Positions 10,903-22,260 of a DNA stretch of 64,000 nt are shown here, piece after piece. The notes under the pieces were generated by a model. That model ran no database searches. It was not told the DNA's origin and saw nothing but the letters and a program-made list of their open reading frames with translations. The first letter of the stretch is position 1, and every line of letters begins with the position of its first letter. This DNA is from Nostoc sp. (GTDB lineage Bacteria > Cyanobacteriota > Cyanobacteriia > Cyanobacteriales > Nostocaceae), in NCBI GenBank assembly GCA_036918135.1, contig JBALDB010000009.1, positions 131,605 through 195,604 of the forward strand, in the 5' to 3' direction. The position numbers were made by a program, and so were the translations under genes.

Positions 10903-12255
10903 CTAATTCTCAACTTCCGGTAACCAAATAATAAACGTAGTTCCTGGTCTATTGGGTGAAGTTAAGTCAGAATTGATTGCAGGGCTGAAAACTTCGATTT
11001 CGCCCTGCATTTGTTCTATTAACTGTTTAGCGATCGCTAAGCCCAAACCTGTGCCGGGGATTTGGGTTTGCGCTTGTACGCCCCGGTAATGCCGTTCTCC
11101 AAGATGCTTTAAATCTTCAGGTGGAATGCCAGGGCCGTTGTCACTAATAACAATTCCTTGAAAATTAGTTTTTTGTTGCCCAGCCCGGATTAAAATTTTA
11201 CCACCAGCAGGAGTGTATTTCAATGCATTATCGATGATGTTATTTAAGACTTCTCGTAATGCTTTGGTGTTGGCACGTACTAAGGGCAAATTTTGCTTAA
11301 TTTCGGTTATTAATTTGAGTTTTCGTTCTTGTGCTATTGCTCTGGCTGATATTAATGATGGTTCTAAAATATCTGCCAGCGAACACTCAACTGCTTTATC
11401 TCCGGTTCCCGGCAATAATAAAGGCGGTTTAGCATCTTTTTGGACAGTTGCTTCTACAAATACTTCATTTTCCGGCAGATGTAGTGGTGCTAAATCTGCC
11501 TCTGTCAAGTCGATTACTTGCTCGAATTGTTGCAGTAATTCTTGCAGGCGATCGCTTTCCCGCACTATGCTATTTGCCACATCTCGATTAGTGTCTGCCG
11601 GTCGCAGTCGTTTTAATAAAAGTTTACCAAAAGTCCGCAACGCTGTTAATGGGTTACGAAACTGATGCAAGAGGTTATCTAACAAATCCTGCTGTTTTTC
11701 TTGGAGAATTTGTTGCTCGTGCAACTGTTGCTGTAACCATACACGTCGCTGATCTAAAATACAAGCGATCGCCAGTGTTTGGGCTATGTGTTGAATCTGA
11801 CTTTGCTCGTGTTCGTTCCATTCCCGGTCTTCTCTACCAGTCACCAATAGGCCCATCATCACACCCTCATAGACCAGAGGTAAAACAATTTGGTTACCAC
11901 TTAGAAGATATTCCTCTTGTAAATCAGGTTGAGACGCATCTGGTATCCCAGACTCCTGTGACGAGGTTGAAGATTCCGATCCTGCTGTCAGTAACCTTTG
12001 GTGATGGGGTAATACTAATGTATTTCCAATTTTAAGTTTCTTGGGTAGTGTGGTCTGGACAGTTTCCTCTGCTTGCGGTAATAATGCTGTTTCCGGGTAA
12101 ATCATTACAGGAATTAGTTTTGCCTCACCAGAGGGAGTTTCTACCAATTCTTGTGTTAGGTACACAATACTTAAAGTTGCTCCCAACCCTTGGGTCAGCA
12201 GTGCTACTTGCTCTCGGCACAGAGCAAGAAAATCAGAACTGGCAGACATTAACAT
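10903..12255 (-). CDS. hik2: GAF-domain sensor histidine kinase, Hik2/CSK-like
   Basis: N-terminal ASSDFLALCREQ, H-box LLHQFRNPLTAL, N-box NIIDNALKYT, G1 DNGPGIP, G2 GTGLGLAIA. Confidence 0.85.
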   Translation of the reverse strand: MLMSASSDFLALCREQVALLTQGLGATLSIVYLTQELVETPSGEAKLIPVMIYPETALLPQAEETVQTTLPKKLKIGNTLVLPHHQRLLTAGSESSTSSQESGIPDASQPDLQEEYLLSGNQIVLPLVYEGVMMGLLVTGREDREWNEHEQSQIQHIAQTLAIACILDQRRVWLQQQLHEQQILQEKQQDLLDNLLHQFRNPLTALRTFGKLLLKRLRPADTNRDVANSIVRESDRLQELLQQFEQVIDLTEADLAPLHLPENEVFVEATVQKDAKPPLLLPGTGDKAVECSLADILEPSLISARAIAQERKLKLITEIKQNLPLVRANTKALREVLNNIIDNALKYTPAGGKILIRAGQQKTNFQGIVISDNGPGIPPEDLKHLGERHYRGVQAQTQIPGTGLGLAIAKQLIEQMQGEIEVFSPAINSDLTSPNRPGTTFIIWLPEVEN

Positions 12256-12541
12256 TTTTTAGCTCTTGCTCAAGATTACAGATTTTGAGGCATGATAAAG
12301 AGAGGATAATTAATTTTTACCTTATTCTTTTAATACAGCTTAACTAAAATCTTCTGAGTAATGTTTTGTACCAGGGAATTCTATCCTTAGAGAGTTTTGT
12401 TTTATCTATACTTCTAAATATATTAATTTTATGGGATCAAAAGTTAAAAAACTATTGATTTTTTGAACTAGAACTCCTATAATGACGACGGATTTTGTAG
12501 CTATCACTACAATCTATAGCTTGAAAGAGGAGGACAATAGA

Positions 12542-12859
12542 TTGGCAAGGAGACGCAAAAGAAAAAGTCGTCGTCGCCAGGAAGGACGGCGGATTCTGGA
12601 ACATGTGCCTCAATATAGCATCGAAAGTGGCGAAGAAAAACCTGTGACAGCAGCGAGAAGGTTCATTCAAGCTGAAGGTATTTTGCCACCTGCGTTGCTA
12701 CTCGTAAAGCGAAACGAACACACCACAGACCGTTATTTCTGGGCAGAAAAGGGACTGTTTGGTGCCCAATACGTAGAGGAAAACCATTTCTTGTTTCCCA
12801 GCTTAAGGACTTTAGAGGCTCCTACAGGTCAAGAAGCTCTAGCTTTAACTGCTCGCTGA
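12542..12859 (+). CDS. DUF3155 family conserved cyanobacterial protein
   Basis: GAGGAGG RBS then TTG start; ARRRKRKSRRRQEGRRILEHVPQYSIESGEEKPVTAARRFI. Confidence 0.8.
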   Translation: MARRRKRKSRRRQEGRRILEHVPQYSIESGEEKPVTAARRFIQAEGILPPALLLVKRNEHTTDRYFWAEKGLFGAQYVEENHFLFPSLRTLEAPTGQEALALTAR

Positions 12860-13310
12860 AACTATAAATGGTCATCTCACACACTTAATATCGCTCCTGA
12901 CTATAATTAACTGGCAAAATTGCTAAGTTTATGCAAAATTTAATTTTTTTAGTTTGTAGGTGATTTGCCAGTCAACCTAGTTGAGGTAATTGGAAAGCCA
13001 AATTCTCTCAAACCACGCTAGCTTGTATGGCTTGGTAATGGTTTGTAAGATGATCGAGGGAGTGGGTATAGAGCCAAGCGTGGTAAAAAGCGCTAGTGAA
13101 GTTGCGTTCTTTATCGTAGTAGATTGTAAAGCAAGCTTTGTCAAAGAATTTAGATGAATAAATTTAAATTTTTTCCAAGGACATAAGTTATGGAAAAAAC
13201 TGACAAAGTAACAGTCTTCATTTTCTCCTTACTACTTTCCATTGCTACAAGAGCAGGTCAGTCAAAAACGGAGCATCTCATAGTTAAGAAACGATCGTCA
13301 ATACCAACAA

Positions 13311-13841
13311 TTATTCACCAGCCTTTAACTGTAGAGTCCTCCGTAACTGGGTGAGTTCATCTCGATGGGCAACTACAGTTATCTTACTTGAGGAGGTTTG
13401 TTCGCTCTGAGTAGTTTCTACCTTGAGCAACACCTTCTCAAGTCTTCCAGATTTTTTCCAATAAAACAGACCGCTTAAAGGCGACAGCAGTACCACAGCC
13501 AGAACAAAGCTACTGAGGCTAGGAAAAAGTAGGTATACTACCAACGACAGACAAACAATACCAGTAGCTGCTAGCAAAGTAAGAAATATTGCTAAAAACC
13601 AACTAGGGCGAACATTACCTTCAAAAGTGACTGCGTTTTGTTCTCGATCTACCGCTGCCACTCGGTAAGACCGCGATTGAAAATACTCTTTTAATTGCAA
13701 CATCAAAGCAGTTTCATCTTGCTCAGATACCAAGTGCGCTGTTTCTGTGCGGTCTTTAGTCGAAGCACGAATAAAGAAAAACAGCCCAACTGATAACAAC
13801 AACGTTAACAGCAACGTAGATGGCAGAATAGCAGTATCCAT
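13311..13841 (-). CDS. ccb1: Cofactor assembly of complex C subunit B (CCB1, cytochrome b6 haem ci biogenesis)
   Basis: STLLLTLLLSVGLFFFIRASTKDRT, TFEGNVRPS, FYWKKSGRLE, AHRDEL motifs. Confidence 0.82.
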   Translation of the reverse strand: MDTAILPSTLLLTLLLSVGLFFFIRASTKDRTETAHLVSEQDETALMLQLKEYFQSRSYRVAAVDREQNAVTFEGNVRPSWFLAIFLTLLAATGIVCLSLVVYLLFPSLSSFVLAVVLLSPLSGLFYWKKSGRLEKVLLKVETTQSEQTSSSKITVVAHRDELTQLRRTLQLKAGE

Positions 13842-13893
13842 GACTAATTGTTATTATTTGATTGGAGGAGACTTATTCATTATCAATTATTCG

Positions 13894-14241
13894 TTACTTT
13901 GTTCGCACGTTGATGTAGTCTTGCCAAAGAAAAGCTAAATCCTGCGCTTGAACTTGCCATTCTGGAGAAACTAGGTACATCCGCCTGGGGCGTCCCCGTC
14001 CTTCGAGTTTTTTCCAATATCCATTAATTGCCTTTTCGTCTTCCAGAAACTTAATTGCACCATAAAGTACAGTATCCGAAAGCCTATAGGTAGGATATTC
14101 AATTTCTAATCGTTGGATTAACTCAGTTCCGTAAGATTCGCCTTCTAACAAAATAGACAGTATGTAACAAAGTGCTAATTCCTGACAAAGGTAAGTTGGC
14201 GGAGGATTTTCAAAGAATTGATATACATCCTCAAGTTTCAT
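13894..14241 (-). CDS. pex: PadR-family regulator Pex (circadian period extender)
   Basis: PPPTYLCQELALCYIL, ESYGTELI, RLSDTVLY, GRGRPRRMY. Confidence 0.85.
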   Translation of the reverse strand: MKLEDVYQFFENPPPTYLCQELALCYILSILLEGESYGTELIQRLEIEYPTYRLSDTVLYGAIKFLEDEKAINGYWKKLEGRGRPRRMYLVSPEWQVQAQDLAFLWQDYINVRTK

Positions 14242-15044
14242 AGTTAGTGAATGGCTAAAAAAGCGCCTTAGGGTAAGGTCTACAATTTTTGTAGTCAGTA
14301 TATACTGCTACTCTCAAATGAGTAATATATATAAAGCTACTTAAGTCAGATTTCCAAAGCGAAAACACCAAATTATTACCCACACCTGTGAAAATTGTGG
14401 GAGTAGTTTGTGAGTTTTAAAGACAGGATAGTATACTCCTACTCAAACTAAATCAGGTATGTTGAGGAGGGAACAGACAGTGTTGAAGTCACTGTTTTGG
14501 TGTTAAGTGATGCCGAGCTTGCTAGAACTGCTTAAGCAATAAGATGCCATCCAAAAAATTTTACAAGTAAAATGCTATTTTGTCTGTACAACTTAATAAA
14601 CACTTTGTTTTACAGTAATTTTCCAAAAGTAAATTTTAAAAATTTAAGCTAAAAAATATGTTTAGTTCAAAGTGCTACGCCTTTGGACATAGCTGGGCAG
14701 TAACTATTACTGATTTTCTAGACTTGAGATCCTCTAGTGCTATCTGGTAAATGTGATAATAAATTTATCAAAAACAGCCTAAGTGAGGAAAAACAAAACG
14801 AATACAGCACGAGATACTCTGACGCTTTCAAGAAACACAGTAAGTGAGGAAGAAAGTGTTTGTTCGATCCATAACTGATTGTAGTTAGTGTCAGTGAGTT
14901 GCTTTTAAAGAACTTTTTGCATCAAACTGTCATAGTATTCAGAGTATCCACACGGACAGTGCAGCCTTCACTATGAATGAAAAAACAATTTCTTCCTTTA
15001 CTCCTTATCTTTCTTAAAAGCACCCAGCACATTGGTGATTCAAC

Positions 15045-15623
15045 ATGTCACAAACTCCCAATGCCTCGTCATCTTCCTCTAATCTCCGGGCAATTGCCCA
15101 AACCTTCCGCCTTGCAGGCTGGATTAGCTTTTGGATTCAGCTAGTGTTAGGTGTTATTTCTGGGATAATTGTGCTGCTGTTTGGCATCTTTAATCAAAGA
15201 GCTGGCAGTCCTAATAATAATCCTGGGACTGGCTTTGGCGTATTTTTAGCAGTTTGTGGACTGGTTATTTTAGGTGTGGGCATTTATTTAGCTTACCGCT
15301 ACACCAGAATTGGCAAACAACTGGAATCTTCCAATCCCAGCAACCGCCCTCGCAAAAGCGAAACTGTGCAGATATTACGCTTAGGACTGTGGCTGAATTT
15401 AGGAGGAATACTGGTGACTCTTTTGGGAGCGCAGGCGATCGTTGGTACGCTAGTAGCAAGATCCATATCTCCCCAAGCGATAACTACCCAATTTTTTGAT
15501 CCCACCCGAATTATTAGCGGTCTAGATATGCTTGTTGTACAGGCAAATACCAACACTGTATCAGCCCACTTTGCAGGACTTGTGGGGTCGCTTTGGTTAC
15601 TTAATCGCATCAACAAAGCGTAG
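15045..15623 (+). CDS. DUF3611 membrane protein (Tic21/PIC1-like)
   Basis: GWISFWIQLVLGVIS, LDMLVVQANTNTVSAHFAGL; four hydrophobic segments. Confidence 0.8.
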   Translation: MSQTPNASSSSSNLRAIAQTFRLAGWISFWIQLVLGVISGIIVLLFGIFNQRAGSPNNNPGTGFGVFLAVCGLVILGVGIYLAYRYTRIGKQLESSNPSNRPRKSETVQILRLGLWLNLGGILVTLLGAQAIVGTLVARSISPQAITTQFFDPTRIISGLDMLVVQANTNTVSAHFAGLVGSLWLLNRINKA

Positions 15624-16093
15624 AAAAAGTAGTTAAAAGCAAAAGTATAGCTAAAAATCTATACTTCTTTTGACTGATTTTATGGGGTAATTTTCTCCTT
15701 TTATTGAAAGCTTAAATAGCAAATAATTTAAATGTATTTGTGTACTTTAGCAAAATTTTTAAAATGCAGTGTGAGTAATAACACGAGTTGCTTATATTAA
15801 CATCTACCTAGAAGCTGATATTATAATTTTTATCAAATTTATTAATGGTCAACACCTACCACTGATATTTCTCACTTTCGGATTTAAGATTGCAATAGCT
15901 ACCTTTATCTACCAATACTCCCCAGGCTGAAAATCAGAGAATTAACACTAAATTTGGATTTTAAATTTTTCTAGCCGTGGCAAGATTGGTAGGACAAAAC
16001 TTTTATGTTTGCTTTTCTGCTCATGGCAAGGCAAAATCAGTATATGCTGGGGTGTTGGCAGGAAGACAATAGGCTAAAAACTGAGAAAAATCT

Positions 16094-17374
16094 GTGCTGG
16101 ATATCAAGCAAATACGGGAAAATCCGCAATTAGTTCAAGAACGATTGAACAGTCGTAGTGGTAAATACGACATTGAACCGATATTACAGTTAGATCGGCA
16201 ACAACGGCAACTAGAGGGAACGCGCAGTCAACTCCAAGCCCGTAGCAACGAAATTGGTAAAATTGTTGGGCAAAAGCTAAAATCTGGTATCGATGCTCAA
16301 GACCCGGAAATCCAAGCATTACGGGATGAAGGTAACTCTGTCAAAGCTAGATTGAGCGAACTAGAACCCCAAGAAAAAGACCTGAAAGCTGAAATTGCCC
16401 AGCTTCTTTTAGCACTTCCCAACTTACCAAGCGACTCTACACCGATTGGCAAGAGTGAGGAAGATAATGTAGAAGTGCGGCGTTGGGGTGATGAGTATAT
16501 TCCCCAAAACCCGAATATTCTTCCTCATTGGGAAATAGGCGAAAAGCTAGGTATTATCAATGTTGAGCGAGCTGTAAAAATTGCCCAAAGCCGCTTTGTG
16601 ACATTGATAGGTGCTGGCGCAGCACTGGAGAGGGCATTAATTCAATTTATGCTGAGTATCCATACTCAAGCTGGGTATGTGGAAGTTAGTCCACCGCTGT
16701 TGGTGAATACTGACTCTTTGACTGGGACTGGTCAGTTACCTAAGTTTGCTGAAGAAAGCTTTAAATGCGCTGATGACGACTTGTGGCTGATTCCTACAGC
16801 GGAAGTTCCACTTACTAACCTTTATCGGGGCGAAATTATCGCTGCGGAAGACTTGCCTATCTACAACTGTGCTTATACTCCCTGTTTTCGCCGGGAAGCT
16901 GGTAGTTATGGGCGAGATATGCGGGGTTTAATTCGTCTGCATCAATTTAACAAAGTGGAACTGGTGAAATTTGTTGAACCTAGCAGTTCTTTTGATGAAC
17001 TAGAAAAATTAGTGGGGAATGCAGAAGCGATTTTACAGGCTTTGCAGTTGCCTTACCGAGTAGTAAATCTCAGTACTGGAGATTTGGGATTTTCTTCTAC
17101 CAAAACCTATGATTTAGAGGTTTGGTTGCCTTCTTCTGGAAAATACCGCGAAATTTCCAGTTGTTCAAATTTTATCGACTTTCAGGCGCGACGGGCTGAT
17201 ATTCGTTTCAAAGAAGCGGGGAAGAAGGGCACTCAGTTTGTGCATACTCTCAACGGTTCGGGTTTGGCGGTAGGAAGGACGATGGCAGCAATTTTAGAGA
17301 ATTATCAACAAGCCGATGGGACAGTAAGGATACCAGAAGCGCTGCAACCATACTTGGGGCGGGAAGTTTTGTAA
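16094..17374 (+). CDS. serS: Serine--tRNA ligase
   Basis: [53 protein letters not shown]. Confidence 0.98.
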   Translation: MLDIKQIRENPQLVQERLNSRSGKYDIEPILQLDRQQRQLEGTRSQLQARSNEIGKIVGQKLKSGIDAQDPEIQALRDEGNSVKARLSELEPQEKDLKAEIAQLLLALPNLPSDSTPIGKSEEDNVEVRRWGDEYIPQNPNILPHWEIGEKLGIINVERAVKIAQSRFVTLIGAGAALERALIQFMLSIHTQAGYVEVSPPLLVNTDSLTGTGQLPKFAEESFKCADDDLWLIPTAEVPLTNLYRGEIIAAEDLPIYNCAYTPCFRREAGSYGRDMRGLIRLHQFNKVELVKFVEPSSSFDELEKLVGNAEAILQALQLPYRVVNLSTGDLGFSSTKTYDLEVWLPSSGKYREISSCSNFIDFQARRADIRFKEAGKKGTQFVHTLNGSGLAVGRTMAAILENYQQADGTVRIPEALQPYLGREVL

Positions 17375-17505
17375 TTAGTCATTGGTCATTTGTTCTTTGT
17401 TAGCTAACAATCACAAATGCCCAATGCTGAATGCTCCATGCCCAATCCTTCATGCCCAATTAGAATGGAGATAACTATAGCTTAATATTTTCACTAATTT
17501 GCTCT

Positions 17506-18606
17506 ATGTCAGTTTTAGCAGCGATCGCAGTCTTGGCTGTTCTGATCTTGGTACACGAACTGGGACATTTTGTTGCAGCACGTTCTCAAGGTATTCTCGT
17601 TAACCGCTTTTCTTTGGGTTTTGGCCCAGTCCTTTGGAAGTATCAAGGATCGCAAACTGAATATGCTGTCCGCGCTTTTCCTTTAGGCGGCTTTGTGGGC
17701 TTCCCGGATGATGACCCTGATAGCAATGTTCCGCCCAATGACCCGAATCTGCTGCGTAACCGTCCAATTTTAGATCGGGCGATTGTCATCAGTGCCGGAG
17801 TGATAGCAAATTTAATATTTGCGTACTTAGTATTAGCTCTGCAATTGGGTATTGTGGGTATTCCCAAGGAATTAAACTATCAACCTGGTGTCATTGTACA
17901 GCCTGTTAATCAAGAGTCTATTGCCTACCAAGCAGGGATTAGGGAAGGAGATATTATTGTGGCTGTTAACGGGAAGGAACTTCCTGCTTCTGATAAGTCA
18001 ACAGCTTTGCTAACAAAAGAAATTCAAACTCATCCCAATCAGCAAATCGAACTCAAAATTCAGCGTCAAAATCAACAACAATCCCTGAAATTAACACCAA
18101 AACTGGGAGCTGATGCTAAAGGTGTAATTGGTGTGGCACTTAGTCCAAATGCTACAGCAGTTTATCGCCGTCCTAACAGTCCTTTTGAAATTTTTGGGAT
18201 TGCTGCGAACAGGTTTCAACAATTATTTGTAGGAACACTCAGCGGTTTTGGGCAGTTGATTACTAACTTTCAACAAACTGTAGGACAAGTTTCTGGGCCA
18301 GTTAATATTGTCAAAATAGGCGCACAATTGGCTGCTGATAACAGCGCAAATCTCTTGTCTTTTGCAGCAATTATCAGTATTAATTTGGCTATTATTAACA
18401 TTTTGCCTTTACCAGCTTTGGATGGAGGACAACTCGCCTTTCTGTTAATTGAAGGTGTGCGCGGTAAGCCTGTGCCTGCTCGGATTCAAGAAAGTGTGAT
18501 GCAAACTGGTTTAATGCTACTCTTAGGACTAGGGATTTTTCTGATAGTCAAAGAAACTACCCAATTAACTAGTCAATTAGAGTGGGTACAAAAGTTACTC
18601 CAGTGA
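17506..18606 (+). CDS. rseP: RIP metalloprotease RseP
   Basis: HELGH, PLGGFV, PDZ domain, NILPLPALDGG. Confidence 0.95.
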   Translation: MSVLAAIAVLAVLILVHELGHFVAARSQGILVNRFSLGFGPVLWKYQGSQTEYAVRAFPLGGFVGFPDDDPDSNVPPNDPNLLRNRPILDRAIVISAGVIANLIFAYLVLALQLGIVGIPKELNYQPGVIVQPVNQESIAYQAGIREGDIIVAVNGKELPASDKSTALLTKEIQTHPNQQIELKIQRQNQQQSLKLTPKLGADAKGVIGVALSPNATAVYRRPNSPFEIFGIAANRFQQLFVGTLSGFGQLITNFQQTVGQVSGPVNIVKIGAQLAADNSANLLSFAAIISINLAIINILPLPALDGGQLAFLLIEGVRGKPVPARIQESVMQTGLMLLLGLGIFLIVKETTQLTSQLEWVQKLLQ

Positions 18607-18626
18607 ACGTGAGGTGAAAGTAGGAA

Positions 18627-19298
18627 GTGAGGAGTAGGGAAAAGCAAGTTTTATCTTTAAAGCAAAAGGCGGTAGAGATTCTCTCTCGCCTGAAGCGTCT
18701 TTACCCAGACGCTACTTGCTCTTTGAACTACTCAACACCAGTACAATTGTTGGTGGCAACGATTCTCTCGGCTCAATGTACTGATGAGCGAGTCAATAAA
18801 GTGACCCCAGCATTATTTAGTCGGTTTCCTGATGCAGCGAGTTTAGCGATCGCCGACTTAGGAGAATTAGAAAACTTAGTGCATTCCACAGGATTTTATC
18901 GTAATAAAGCCAAAAACATCCAAGCCGCCTGTCGAATGATTGTCACCGAGTTTGACTCTGTTGTTCCCAACCAAATGGAACAGTTGTTAAAGCTTCCAGG
19001 TGTGGCGCGGAAAACAGCAAATGTAGTCCTCGCTCACGCTTATAGTATTAATGCTGGGGTGACAGTAGATACTCACGTCAAGCGTCTGAGCGAGCGTTTG
19101 GGTTTAACCGTGCATAAAGATCCCGGTTTGATTGAGCAAGATTTAATGGGTTTATTGCCGCAATCAGATTGGGAGAATTGGTCAATTCGGCTGATTTATC
19201 ACGGTCGCACTATTTGTAAAGCCCGCTCTCCCGCCTGCGTTGCTTGCGAACTTGCTGATTTATGTCCCGCTGCGAATAAGCCAGTAATTGTAGGGTAA
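18627..19298 (+). CDS. nth: Endonuclease III
   Basis: LLVATILSAQCTD, HhH LPGVARKTAN, VDTHV, Cx6Cx2Cx5C 4Fe-4S motif. Confidence 0.96.
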   Translation: MRSREKQVLSLKQKAVEILSRLKRLYPDATCSLNYSTPVQLLVATILSAQCTDERVNKVTPALFSRFPDAASLAIADLGELENLVHSTGFYRNKAKNIQAACRMIVTEFDSVVPNQMEQLLKLPGVARKTANVVLAHAYSINAGVTVDTHVKRLSERLGLTVHKDPGLIEQDLMGLLPQSDWENWSIRLIYHGRTICKARSPACVACELADLCPAANKPVIVG

Positions 19299-19472
19299 TC
19301 TTGGTTAGGGAGACGCGGGGGCCTTAAGAAAAAACTCCTCTTGTGTGTCCTTGCGTTTACTTGTATCTGGATGAATTTCAATTTAACAGACTAGTGGGGA
19401 ATACAAGTAACCTAGAATTGAAAAGAAGACTGTAGAATGGAAAATGCTGTCTTTAAATAAATTAGAGAATAT

Positions 19473-19775
19473 ATGGCAAAAAAAAGCATGATTGAGCGCG
19501 AGAAAAAACGCGCCAAATTGGTAGAAAAATATGCTGACAAGCGGGAAGCTCTGTTAGAAGAGTTCAAAAGTGCAGAATCTCCCCTTGATAAGCTAGAAAT
19601 CCATCGGCAAATTCAACAGCTACCCCGGAATAGTGCGCCCAGCCGCCGCCGTAACCGTTGCTGGTTGACTGGTCGTTCTAGAGGTGTTTACCGCGATTTT
19701 GGGCTGTCTCGAAATGTGCTACGGGAATGGGCGCATGAAGGTCTTTTGCCTGGAGTGGTTAAGTCTAGTTGGTAG
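19473..19775 (+). CDS. rpsN: 30S ribosomal protein S14
   Basis: [10 protein letters not shown]...[21 protein letters not shown]...LPGVVKSSW. Confidence 0.98.
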   Translation: MAKKSMIEREKKRAKLVEKYADKREALLEEFKSAESPLDKLEIHRQIQQLPRNSAPSRRRNRCWLTGRSRGVYRDFGLSRNVLREWAHEGLLPGVVKSSW

Positions 19776-19842
19776 TCATTGGTCATTAGTCATTAGTCAT
19801 TGGTTAATGGCAAAGGACAAAGGACAAATGACAACTGACAAA
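19773..19842. repeat. STRR heptamer repeats between convergent genes (similar tracts at 10873-10906 and 17375-17460)
   Basis: (TAGTCAT/TGGTCAT)n followed by (AAGGACA/AATGACA)n, partly complementary. Confidence 0.75.
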
Positions 19843-19844
19843 AA

Positions 19845-20174
19845 TTATTGACCACAACACTTATCAATTCCTAGACTTTCTAAGAGTAGATCGCTGACGG
19901 CGTTGGCGATCGCAAACTCTCCATAGAAACTATTAGAAAAATCATACGACTGCATCTCTGTGACAATGGCAATTACCAGAGAACCAAGGTCGTTTTCTCC
20001 TTCCATCCGTTGACGCACGAAAATCTGTGCAGCTCGTTGAGCAATCTTTTGGTTAACTGCTTCTGGGATAAATTCTTCATCCAGCCACCGCAGTAGACGT
20101 TCTCGCAACCATTCACCTTCGAGTTGCGGATTTTCAGGGCGTGGTAGGGTGATAGGTGGGATCGGTTCAGTCAT
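19845..20174 (-). CDS. Conserved cyanobacterial hypothetical protein
   Basis: 109-aa ORF with WLDEEFIPE and FYGEFAIANAVSDLL. Confidence 0.75.
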   Translation of the reverse strand: MTEPIPPITLPRPENPQLEGEWLRERLLRWLDEEFIPEAVNQKIAQRAAQIFVRQRMEGENDLGSLVIAIVTEMQSYDFSNSFYGEFAIANAVSDLLLESLGIDKCCGQ

Positions 20175-20263
20175 TTTTTATTTTCAACGCAGAGTGGATC
20201 GTAGAGGAACGCAGAGAATGACTGCTAGTATCAAATTGCGTTTCTCTGATATTTTTTACATTT

Positions 20264-20839
20264 ATGCAATATGATATCGCTGCCATTATTCAAGGTTATG
20301 CTCAAGGCTATTTTCTCATGGCTGATGAGTGCGATCGCCTCAATTGGTATGGAAGTCGCGAGCGGACTTTTATCCCCTTGGATGAGAGGTTTCGCTACCC
20401 CAAGTCTTTGGGGCGCGTTCTCAATCAAGAGCGTTTTAGTGTAGCGATTAATCAGGATTTTCCGGCTGTAGTCGCTGGCTGTGCTAATCGCGAAGTAACT
20501 TGGATTTCACCAGAACTGGAGAAGATTTACTGGCTACTTTACCAGACTGGTTACGCTTATAGTTTTGAAACTTGGCAAGGTGATGAACTAGCTGGGGGAA
20601 TTTTGGGAATTGTTATTGGTGGTGCTTTCATTGGCGAGTCCATGTTTTACCGCATTCCCGATGGTTCAAAAGTGGCGATGGTCAAGTTGGTAGAAAGATT
20701 ACGCCAGAGGAAATTTGTATTTTTCGATGCCCAAATGATGAATCCCCATTTGGAAAGGTTTGGCGCTTATCGAGTAGGGGATGAAGAATATCAAGGTTTA
20801 CTTCAGCAAGCATTGCAGCGTCGCTGTACTTTAGTGTAG
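20264..20839 (+). CDS. aat: Leucyl/phenylalanyl-tRNA--protein transferase
   Basis: [48 protein letters not shown]. Confidence 0.93.
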   Translation: MQYDIAAIIQGYAQGYFLMADECDRLNWYGSRERTFIPLDERFRYPKSLGRVLNQERFSVAINQDFPAVVAGCANREVTWISPELEKIYWLLYQTGYAYSFETWQGDELAGGILGIVIGGAFIGESMFYRIPDGSKVAMVKLVERLRQRKFVFFDAQMMNPHLERFGAYRVGDEEYQGLLQQALQRRCTLV

Positions 20840-21029
20840 GCATATAAAGAAGCGAAATTTGTAGCTTTTTGGATGACACTGGATAAATCGTCTCAGAACG
20901 CTCCAAGATTATTTAACGTGATGTTCAACGGATACTATACTGACCTCACCCCCAGCCCCTCTGTTAAAAGGAGAGGGGAGTGAAAAGTTTAATTTTTCGT
21001 TATAGCAAGCGAATTAAAGGTTAAGACAT

Positions 21030-21141
21030 CTTGAAAGCCTGGATGCTAGGAATAGTAATGTTTTACCTCCTGCCTCCAGCATAGCTGCCTTGTCTTCGAC
21101 ACGCTACGCGAACTGCCTCCTACCTCCAGCATAGCTGCCTC
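21030..21141. repeat. Dispersed CCTCCTGCCTCC/GCAGGAGGCAG repeat family (also ~8870-8945, 61815-61850, 63594-63622)
   Basis: TTTTACCTCCTGCCTCCAGCATAGCTGCC here, with reverse-complement matches at the other sites. Confidence 0.6.
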
Positions 21142-21334
21142 AAAACCAATGACTTTGTACTTCATCCAAACGAAAACTGCTGTAATAGTCAGTAAAAATA
21201 TTTGCATAATATTACCCAAATTTTAATGCGTTCTTTAAGTTATAGTTGGACGACATCTACCCACAATTCTTTCATCAAATTTTAATAATTGCACTATTAT
21301 CAACAAAGCATATTCAATCAGAGCGTTTCTAAAT

Positions 21335-21880
21335 ATGCAACAAAACTGGTCACAAGAAAGTTATGTCAAAGCTATAAAAAAAGCAGCACAAGCACATCAT
21401 GGTCAGAAAATCCCAGGGTCAGAAATACCTTACATTATTCATTTGAGTTTTGTGAGCATGGAAGTAATTGCTGCCTTAAATGTGGAAAAAGAACGTGATG
21501 GAAATCTAGCAATCCAATGTGCTATTTTGCATGATGTAATTGAAGATACAGCAACGACATTTGAGGAGATTCAAACTGAGTTTGGTGAATCAATCGCCAA
21601 CGGTGTACTTGCATTGACTAAAGATAATTCCTTAGAAAAACATCTGCAAATGACAGATAGTTTGCGAAGGATTAGGAAGCAACCGCCAGAAATTTGGATG
21701 GTAAAGCTAGCTGATAGAATTAGTAACCTCCAAGCACCACCATATTATTGGAATCAAGAAAAAATCGTTCGATATCGAGAAGAAGGTATTCAGATTTATG
21801 AAGCTTTGAAAGATGCAAGTCAGTTTCTCGCATCGCGCTTGGCTAGTAAAATTGAAGACTACAAAGTATTTATTAAGTAA
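21335..21880 (+). CDS. Stand-alone HD-domain hydrolase (RelA/SpoT hydrolase-like, MESH1/SAH type)
   Basis: AHHGQK, PYIIH, AILHDVIEDT, VKLADRISNL. Confidence 0.85.
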   Translation: MQQNWSQESYVKAIKKAAQAHHGQKIPGSEIPYIIHLSFVSMEVIAALNVEKERDGNLAIQCAILHDVIEDTATTFEEIQTEFGESIANGVLALTKDNSLEKHLQMTDSLRRIRKQPPEIWMVKLADRISNLQAPPYYWNQEKIVRYREEGIQIYEALKDASQFLASRLASKIEDYKVFIK

Positions 21881-21901
21881 GAATATAGCAATACTGTAAT
21901 A

Positions 21902-22020
21902 CCAATTCTTTGTAAAGCTGCATAGAATTTTACCCCTCCCCAACCCTCCCCTTGGCAAGGGGAGGGTGCGCGCTAGCTAGCGCGGGTGGGGTATTTATAT
22001 GCGTCTTCATATTAAATTGG
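21902..22020. repeat. MITE/REP-like element with GC-rich internal hairpins
   Basis: CCAATTCTTTGTAAAGCTGCATA ... TATGCGTCTTCATATTAAATTGG ends; internal CCCTCCCCTTGGCAAGGGGAGGG palindrome. Confidence 0.6.
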
Positions 22021-22260
22021 GATAACTATAAAATAAATTTTTCGATATCACACCAACTGTGATATCTTTTTTATCTCACGCAGAGGCGCTTCAGAAGAGA
22101 ACGCAAAGAAGCACTACCTGACAAAGGTATAAGTTATCCAAATAAACGCAGATTGTATATCAGGGAGTATTTCTAATAATAGATGACTTAGTAATTGAGA
22201 AAGAGATAATGGTCAAAGACTTAATTTTCCCTTGGCAATTACTGACTAGGAGATTGTTTG

